A stretch of 64,000 nt of DNA from Tetramitus jugosus (Eukaryota > Protista > Heterolobosea), in NCBI GenBank assembly GCA_937625935.1, contig OW569345.1:1-64000 (forward strand), in the 5' to 3' direction. Position 1 is the stretch's first letter, and every line of letters starts with the position of its first letter. Position numbers and translations under genes: made by a program. The notes beneath the pieces were generated by a model, which saw only the letters and a list, made by a program, of their open reading frames with translations, made no database searches and was not told the DNA's origin. Shown piece by piece: positions 1 to 8,100 of the stretch.

Positions 1-833
1 CCAAACCCAAACCCAAACCCAAACCCAAACCCAAACCCAAACCCAAACCCATACCCAATCCCAAACCCAAACCCAAACCCAAACCCAAACCCAAACCCAA
101 ACCCATACCCAAACCCAAACCCAAACCCAAACCCAAACCCAAACCCAAACCCAAACCCAAACCCAAACCCAAACCCAAACCCAAACCCAAACCCAAACCC
201 AAACCCAAACCCAAACCCAAACCCAAACCCAAACCCAAACCCAAACCCAAACCCAAACCCAAACCCAAACCCAAACCCAAACCCAAACCCAAACCCAAAC
301 CCAAACCCAAACCCAAACCCAAACCCAAACCCAAACCCAAACCCAAACCCAAACCCAAACCCAAACCCAAACCCAAACCCAAACCCAAACCCAAACCCAA
401 ACCCAAACCCAAACCCAAACCCAAACCCAAACCCAAACCCAAACCCAAACCCAAACCCAAACCCAAACCCAAACCCAAACCCAAACCCAAACCCAAACCC
501 AAACCCAAACCCAAACCCAAACCCAAACCCAAACCCAAACCCAAACCCAAACCCAAACCCAAACCCAAACCCAAACCCAAACCCAAACCCAAACCCAAAC
601 CCAAACCCAAACCCAAACCCAAACCCAAACCCAAACCCAAACCCAAACCCAAACCCAAACCCAAACCCAAACCCAAACCCAAACCCAAACCCAAACCCAA
701 ACCCAAACCCAAACCCAAACCCAAACCCAAACCCAAACCCAAACCCAAACCCAAACCCAAACCCAAACCCAAACCCAAACCCAAACCCAAACCCAAACCC
801 AAACCCAAACCCAAACCCAAACCCAAACCCAAA
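1..833 (+). repeat. Telomeric repeat array (CCCAAA)n / (TTTGGG)n, about 139 units, chromosome left end
   Basis: Near-perfect tandem CCCAAA from base 1 to 833, C-rich strand at the 5' end of the contig. Three variant units lie near the tip: CCCATA 48-53, CCCAAT 54-59, CCCATA 102-107. Confidence 0.97.
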
Positions 834-1420
834 TCAACTTTCTTTTCAAAAATCAAAAATTTCATCCAAATTCAAAATAGAATCGATCTATCATCTAAAA
901 TCTTATCAAACAAGATTAATGAAAGTTCAAATCACTCAGTCCATTTCTATATCCATCTCTTGACATTCACTCCTCACTCTTTGTCGAAAACGGAAATTCT
1001 CTCATTCAATGCTCAACATCTGGATGTTTTTGAAGCAATCTAGTGAGTTAATATATGTTGAATGAGTAATCATTCCTACTTCTCTTCAGTTATGATGGGT
1101 TGGGTCTGGGTATTCAACTCTGCATTCAAGAAAAACACAAAATTTGAGTTCTCATACTGTCAGAGTTCAAATCTCTTATAAGAAGAACTTTTGAAAAAGC
1201 TTTCCAGTCTATTACATCTATAAATCTGAATTGTCATTCAGAAAAGCTAGTAGTCTGTATTTCTGACCCGTTGGATCTTCAAGCTAGATTCAGATTTGAA
1301 ACTTCACTATTTCACTGACTTACAGGATTTTAAAGCGAAAGGTCTCAATAATACATAGAATATCTGATTCTACTGTGATTCTATAATAAAAACTGCCGAT
1401 TCTATTCCTAAAAACGCGAA

Positions 1421-1470
1421 ATCAAGTCAGTCAAAATTTCAGAAACATCAAGTCATAAGACATCAAGTCA
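1421..1470 (+). repeat. Short direct repeats ATCAAGTCA x3
   Basis: ATCAAGTCA at 1421-1429; ACATCAAGTCA at 1445-1455 and 1460-1470. Confidence 0.6.
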
Positions 1471-1812
1471 AAAAATATAGTTAGTAGGAAATCATGTTAA
1501 AAATGATCAAATAATGTCCCAATACTCTGATCTAAAACAAAGAAATCATTTGTCACTAGTACGTCTTATCTCCAGTACAGACTCAAAATCGTCTAAACTC
1601 TGTTGCAGTTTTAACACTGTTGCCGATAAAAATCTGTTAAATACAGCACAGATATATCGGCTCTACGAGCCGATAAAGCTCAAATCGAGTTGAAAACCAC
1701 GCCAATCTCTTTATCTCAACCAGCTGAAGCTCCTAGAGCAATAAAAAATCTCAAAAAAAAAATTACCATATAAGGAAATCGTTTCCTTAGGTTGGGGAAT
1801 CCAGGATGTATC

Positions 1813-1834
1813 CCCAAACCCAAACCCAACCCAA
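1813..1834 (+). repeat. Interstitial telomere-like tract
   Basis: CCCAAACCCAAACCCAACCCAA in the same orientation as the terminal array. A related G-strand tract GGGTTGGGTCTGGG lies at 1097-1110. Confidence 0.8.
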
Positions 1835-2087
1835 TAGTGAGAACTGTACATTCAAATCTGTTGCTTGTTGCTGACTGTTGTTTGAGAACTGTTGTTCGCT
1901 CATACCTTGGATTCGTTGTACTTACCTCTTCAGATTGTCTTCGCACTTTTTATCTTCTTCTTCTTCCTGTCTGTTACAAAAATAGTGCGGAAATTGTAAC
2001 AACAAGAAACTTCCGCTGCAACGTCATATCATCAATGCAGGAGACAAGCAAATCAACAAAGACAACAAGAGTTTACATACAATCGAT

Positions 2088-4352
2088 ATGCCACGAGTCG
2101 TATATCAATGCAGACGTTGCAATGAATCTTTCTACTCTCGTGGTGGTAGACTCAAACATGAGAAGAAACATCTACGGGATAACAGTAATGGAACTGCAGA
2201 CAGTGAGTGTGAGTCATTTGGTGGAAATGGTATGATGGATAACGACTTCTTTGAAGAAGAATCATCCGATAGGAGCAGTATGCAGTCTGATGTTCAGAAT
2301 ACACCACAGTTTGATCATATGCTGATTCAGAACACGCTGTTAGACAAGTTACTTCAACATGCAATGGTTTCAGAAACTCAGCATGGAGTACCACGTACAT
2401 CAGTTGATGAAACATTGCATTTGATATGTGACAGTATAAAGTACATTGGTAGAAACTTCGATGATGATACCAGAGAGAAAATTGTTAATTGTATTCCCAG
2501 TATCAGTATATTGTTGAATGATAAGAAGAGAGATGAGGAGATTGCAAAGAGATTCTTTGATTGTAAACCAGAAGAGGCCACTTATGGTGAACATACAATG
2601 TACTATCTGCCCCTGCAAGGATTGCTCGCTAGATTGTTTAAGAAGAATGTAGAATGGGTAGAATCATCTGCGCAGCGCAGATCAGATATTGGGAAATACA
2701 ATGATATTTGTGATGGATCAGTAGTAAGAGACTCAGAATTCTTTCAGAAGTATGATGATGCACTTCAGTTTTTATTATATCTGGATGAGTGTTATTTGAA
2801 AGATCGAACAGAATATTTGATGGTGTATTGCACGATTGGCAAGTTTCCAATATACACCAGATGTCAACTGCACAACATTCTACCGATGGCTGCAATTCCA
2901 ACAAAGTTAATGAAGAGTGCAGGGGATGGAATATTATTACCTATATTGTCAGAATTTGTTCCATTCGCTTCTGATGGAGTGGACATAAAGATATACAACA
3001 ACACTTATCGAAAGTTTAGGGGACAAGTTGTCGTTGTATTACTTGATCACAAAGCAGCTCACGAGCTTGGTGGATTCTCTACCTCTTTCTCGAACATGAA
3101 GCGATTCTGTAGACACTTTCTGCATCGTAAAGATATTGGCAGCACTGACCAGAACAAATTCACTCCTCGAACACCGGATGTACATGATCAGATTGTTGCA
3201 GCTCTGGAGAGTGCAGTGGATGTGGATGGACTCAAATCCATGTACGGAGTCCAGAAGTATTCTGTGTTGAATGAGATTCCAAACTTTCATGTTATCACTA
3301 ATCTGCCACCAGATCTGATGCATACAGAATTCGAAGGAGAGTTAAAGCAAGAGTTTTGTTCCTTCCTGCAGTATGGTACGAACAATAGATGGTTTACATT
3401 AGCTGAATTCAATCACCAATTGACTTCGTGGAGGGAGCTACTTGATCTGAAGTCATTTGTACCAGTAGATATATCAGAGAAATTCAGTAACAATCCTAGT
3501 TCCAACGAAGTGACAGCTGGACAAGTATACTCTTTGTCAACATTACTGCCATTTATTTGCACACAATTTAGCTCATGGGCTGATATTAGAGAGAGTGTTC
3601 AATTCAAATCATTAATGAAACACTTGGAATATCTAACTATCTGTCTGCAATGGTCCTTCACAGAGCCAGATCTGGTCAAACTAGATAAATTATTGAAAGA
3701 GCATGTGCAGCTCTGGGGTGAAGCTTATTCACATTCATATCGTCCAAAGTCTCACTATCGATTGCATTTCATAGAAGCAATCAGAGCATTTGGACCACTG
3801 GTGGGTATATACTGTATGAGATATGAAGCAAAGCATCAACTGATGAAACGTTTTGTATCTAACTCCAACAATCGCAATGATGCTAGAGCAATCTTGATCA
3901 AATCTCTGAAGCACATGGCGACAGTAGATCACACTGCATGCAGTGATCTCGTTCTAAAAGATCCCAGTTCTCTTTCGGACCAGGCGAGATCGAAGATATG
4001 TTCTGATTGTTCCAGATCACTTGTCACTGTCCAATCATACAAGACTGCTTCGTACAAAAACATCACGTTCAGAGTAGGTGATTTAATCACAACAAGTGAT
4101 GGGTATGCAATGGTCGATGGTATATATCAATTCAACAATGATAGAGAGTCGACTGTGTGTCGTGTCAAGCTACTGCAGTGCCTGGAGCCCATGCCCATAA
4201 TTCATTACCCTCAAATCTCTAAATCACACGTACTCTCCACTATTTACATGCCAGTCTCCAATGTGAGAGGTAAACTCTATACCATGACTGTTGGTAATCA
4301 AGGCACGCAAATGATTGTCCATGCATCATCAATGTTGATACTCAATGAATGA
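2088..4352 (+). CDS. CACTA/EnSpm (CMC superfamily) transposase with N-terminal C2H2 zinc finger
   Basis: 754 aa uninterrupted ORF. C2H2 finger YQCRRC-x12-HEKKH. CMC-type motifs: DICDG, LLYLDE (D1), LLDHKAAHELGGF (D2), RFCRH, PPDLMH..FEG, RPKSHYRLHF..AI.AFGP...YCMRYEAKH (E). Confidence 0.85.
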   Translation: MPRVVYQCRRCNESFYSRGGRLKHEKKHLRDNSNGTADSECESFGGNGMMDNDFFEEESSDRSSMQSDVQNTPQFDHMLIQNTLLDKLLQHAMVSETQHGVPRTSVDETLHLICDSIKYIGRNFDDDTREKIVNCIPSISILLNDKKRDEEIAKRFFDCKPEEATYGEHTMYYLPLQGLLARLFKKNVEWVESSAQRRSDIGKYNDICDGSVVRDSEFFQKYDDALQFLLYLDECYLKDRTEYLMVYCTIGKFPIYTRCQLHNILPMAAIPTKLMKSAGDGILLPILSEFVPFASDGVDIKIYNNTYRKFRGQVVVVLLDHKAAHELGGFSTSFSNMKRFCRHFLHRKDIGSTDQNKFTPRTPDVHDQIVAALESAVDVDGLKSMYGVQKYSVLNEIPNFHVITNLPPDLMHTEFEGELKQEFCSFLQYGTNNRWFTLAEFNHQLTSWRELLDLKSFVPVDISEKFSNNPSSNEVTAGQVYSLSTLLPFICTQFSSWADIRESVQFKSLMKHLEYLTICLQWSFTEPDLVKLDKLLKEHVQLWGEAYSHSYRPKSHYRLHFIEAIRAFGPLVGIYCMRYEAKHQLMKRFVSNSNNRNDARAILIKSLKHMATVDHTACSDLVLKDPSSLSDQARSKICSDCSRSLVTVQSYKTASYKNITFRVGDLITTSDGYAMVDGIYQFNNDRESTVCRVKLLQCLEPMPIIHYPQISKSHVLSTIYMPVSNVRGKLYTMTVGNQGTQMIVHASSMLILNE

Positions 4353-4366
4353 CGTGACCACAGTTT

Positions 4367-4513
4367 TTACCGCGTTTCTGTTCCTACAATTTACAACGAA
4401 TATTCAAACCTGGTAAAATTAGACCGGTAACCGTGCAATTACCACGTTCAACTGGCAAACGTGGTAATGTTCACTGGTATACCGCATTGCATATACCACG
4501 TTCGCTGGTAGTG
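4367..4513. repeat. CACTA subterminal repeat cluster and terminal inverted repeat (right end)
   Basis: Motif TTACCACGTT in both orientations: TTACCGCGTT 4367-4376, AACCTGGTAA 4407-4416, TTACCACGTT 4439-4448, AACGTGGTAA 4458-4467, ATACCACGTT 4493-4502. GTTC(A/G)(A)CTGG occurs three times. Terminal TAGTG. Confidence 0.8.
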
Positions 4514-5113
4514 GACTGGAGCTTGCATTCGAGACAGTTCTATTGAGAAAAGCACCCGTTCTTCCACTTGCCAAAGCTTTGCATTCACATCTGTATCATC
4601 ACCATGTAGTACTGCCTCGGTTCACAGCAGTTAAAACCCTGTCTCCTGGTCTGTATCGTATTCAACAATGATCACAATAATTAACCTTGGAATGATGAGA
4701 GTTAGAGTCTCTGACTCACTTCCTACCACACATTGTTTGCTAAACGAAATAATTTCATTTTCACGATTGAAGAATAATAATCTTTCGAAGTTTCAAGTGT
4801 AAAACTCTCCGATAAACGTCACGAGTCGCAATCCTTTTTTAACAAATAAGGAAGTCGTGCTATATAGGATCCCTGAAAATCTCCCCCTAGGTGTCTCCAC
4901 CCGAGGATATCCTTTATCCATTCGGTTTATTCGATGGAACAACACAAGAACATGAGGATAGAACAATACGAATATGAAAAATCTTTTTTGCTTTTTTGTC
5001 GGTTGTAGTTTGATCATTAGGGAACATGAAGTTCCAAGTAAGGTTTAAATTCTATTAACTCGTCCAGCGAGAAGTGTAACTGAATCAAACTAATCAACCA
5101 ACAATATATACTA

Positions 5114-8100
5114 ATGAAAGTAATCTTGTACACATTGTTTGTTTTATTGTGTGTCATAGTTCTCGGTGACTTGACAGTACAACAAGGAGTGAAGTTTGCT
5201 GGTCTTTACTTCAGTGGTTCTCTGTTGCCACAAACCAAACCAGCAAGGCCAGTGGATATCAGTGAAATTGCTAACACCACTACTCTTCATATTTCTTCTG
5301 GTCCCTCATCTGGTTCTATGGTTGTGACTGAAGATGGGAGAGTGTTTGTTTGGGGAAGCAATTGGGATAAAAATTTGGGTCTTGGTGCGGGTGCCAACAA
5401 CAACATCTATACTCCAACACAAGTCAAAGGATTGCTCGTCGGACAAAAGGTAGTGCATGGATCTATGGGAGGCTACCATGCATTGGTAGTAACTACTGAA
5501 GGTCAAGTGTATGCTTGGGGTCTAAATTCTCAACGACAGCTTGGAGATGGAACAACAACTTTTAGTGAAGTTCCTGTCCTTGTTGATTTGACAGTCGCTC
5601 CTCTCAACGAAACCTTTATTGTTCGAGTAGCTGCTGGTTCCTCACTCTCCTATGCTTTGGGTTCGAATGGTAAGGTGTATCAATGGGGAGGAAACGCTGC
5701 TCCAAAAGAGGTTGGAGGAGCTCTCGCGGGAAAGTTTGTAACTCAAATTCATGCACGAAGTACTCTAGTCGTTGCTTTGACCAATGAAGGAAGAGCGTAT
5801 TCTTGGGGTGCTAATGCTAAAGGGCAATTGGGCGATGGTACAACCACTACTCAAGTTAATCCAGTTGCTGTCAAAGTAGACGGACTTCTGAGGAATAAGA
5901 ACATTACCAAATTGTCTACTGGTGAACAACAAGTTATGGCAATCACTAGTGATGGTGAAGTGGTTTCATGGGGTTCAAACTTCTATGGAAGTCTCGGTGA
6001 AGGAACTTTTCAATTTTCTAATGTACCCAGGCCCGTTTATACCGGTGGTGCACTACGTGGAAAGACAATGATTGCAGTCTCGGTCGGTCGATACTTCACA
6101 GTTGCAGTTTCCAGTGATGGGAAGTTGTTTGCGTGGGGAGCAAGTAGTGCAGGACAACTAAACTATGGTGGGTATGACGAACAGCAGATACTACCGATTG
6201 AAGTTGACATGAATGGACCATTGAGTGGAAAGAAGATTGTTGAAGTTTCCTGTGGTGATTCTATGACTATCGTTAAAGACTCTGAAGGATTCCTTTACTC
6301 TTGGGGCAATGATGAATTTGGGCAATTGGGACACAATGATGATAGAACCAAACTCCAATTAATGAAATGGCAAGAAAGTCACAAGGTGAAATCACGGAGC
6401 ATTATATCCATTGGTGTGAGTCAGGATCATTCTATGGTTAGTACAAAAGGAGGGCTCTATGCCTGGGGAGGTTCACTCAATTCGTGGTTTGATTATGGTT
6501 ACACCCTTGGCTCAGATACGATATTCGCTGAACAATCAACTGAAGTGGAACTGAATCAAACTCTCATTCAACTAACCACTGGATATGCTTTCACAATGGC
6601 ATTGACTGGTGATGGATCATTGTTTGCATTTGGTGCCAATGGAGACGGACAATTGGGTGATGGTACATTTACCAGCAGAGAAAGACCATTTCAAGTCAAT
6701 ATGAGTGCTGTATTGAATGGAAGTGTAATAACACAAGTAGCTGCGGGATCATATCACACAGTGGTACTCACTGACAAATCAGAGATATTTAACTGGGGAA
6801 GTTTTTGGCCAAATACACCCACGCGTGTAAATGGTTCTTTGATGACTAACAAGACAATAATTCAAATTGCTTCAGGTGGTTCATTCTCATTGGCACTTAG
6901 CGACGATGGAAAGATTTATGGATGGGGAGACAACTCGGATGGGCAACTAGGACCTGATTTAGGTTTTTTTGCTGACCCTATCAATGTGGATAAGAATGGA
7001 GTTCTTGTGAACAAGACTGTAGTTAAAATCGGAGCAGGACAAAGTCACGTTATCGCATTGACTGATGAAGGAGAAGTGTTTACATTTGGTGCAGGAGGGA
7101 ACGGGCAACTAGGACATGGTAATACTAATTCCCTAAACTCACCAACTGCTGTGAGTCTTCTTCAAAACAAAACTATTGTACAAATTGCTGCAGGATATTC
7201 CCACTCAGCCGCTCTTGATTCAGAAGGAAACGTGTATACATGGGGTGAAAATTCTTACGGTAATCTTGCTGATGAATCAACATCATCAAAGAACTCACCA
7301 GTTTTGATTCCTACTCCTGGTCAAAATGAGGTTTTACAAATTTTTGCTGGAGGTGAAAATACCATGGTTCTTATTAATCATTGTAATGATGGATACTATG
7401 GTAAACATTGTGACCAATTCACTTGTGCTGGAATTTTGCCTCAGAATGCGTCAGTATGTTCTCATAGAGGCAGTTGTGTTGGAGGTAATAACTGCACTTG
7501 CTCCGGTGGATACTATGGAAGTAATTGTGAGAAATTTGATTGTTTCTCCATGAATTTCAACAGCTCCAATGTTTGCTCTAGTCATGGCTTATGTCTAGAT
7601 GTTGATAATTGCTCGTGCTCTGCTCCTTATTATGGGTCAAATTGTGAACACTATGATTGTTTCAATGTTTCTCTTACTAATTCTCAGGTTTGCTCTAGCC
7701 ATGGTTCATGCATTGATTTTGATACTTGTCATTGTGCCGATGGATATTATGGTAGTAGATGTGAGCAGTTTAACTGTTTTTCTGTGAACAAAAACAATGC
7801 GAGTGTCTGTTCAAACCATGGTTCGTGCATTGATTTCGACAATTGTTCCTGCTCACATGGATTTTACGGAAACAACTGTGAACAATTCTATTGCTTTGAT
7901 GAAAAGCACAACAGCTCCAATACTTGTTCAAGTCATGGCTCGTGTATTGACTTTGACAAATGTACATGCTTTGATGGACATTATGGTGTGAAGTGTGATC
8001 AATTTGATTGTTTCTTAGTGAACCATAATAGTTCTCAAGTATGTTCTGGTCATGGTTCATGCTTTGATGTTAATCAATGTCATTGTTCCAATCAATTCTC

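Larger units (their letters stand above)
2088..4513 (+). mobile_element. CACTA DNA transposon, right end intact, left end not found (left boundary uncertain, may extend toward the telomere)
   Basis: The transposase is followed by subterminal repeats and ends in TAGTG at 4509-4513; the reverse complement reads CACTACCAGCGAACGTGGTAT. No CACTACCAG match was seen between 834 and 2087. Confidence 0.75.

Noticed and set aside
834-1320. Stop-interrupted protein-like frames next to the telomere
   Set aside because: No recognisable family; cannot be distinguished from AT-rich non-coding DNA without a search.
1554-1560. CACTA occurrences at about 1305 and 1554 as the left transposon end
   Set aside because: The following bases do not match CACTACCAGCGAAC, and no TTACCACGTT repeats are nearby.
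1919-1928. ACTTACCT resembling the U1 snRNA 5' end
   Set aside because: No U1 stem-loops or Sm site follow; it is better read as a minus-strand splice donor.
1792-2235. 147 aa plus-strand ORF and 76 aa minus-strand ORF over the internal telomeric tract
   Set aside because: Non-ATG starts, PKPKP/GLGLG derived from the repeat, and no protein-like features.
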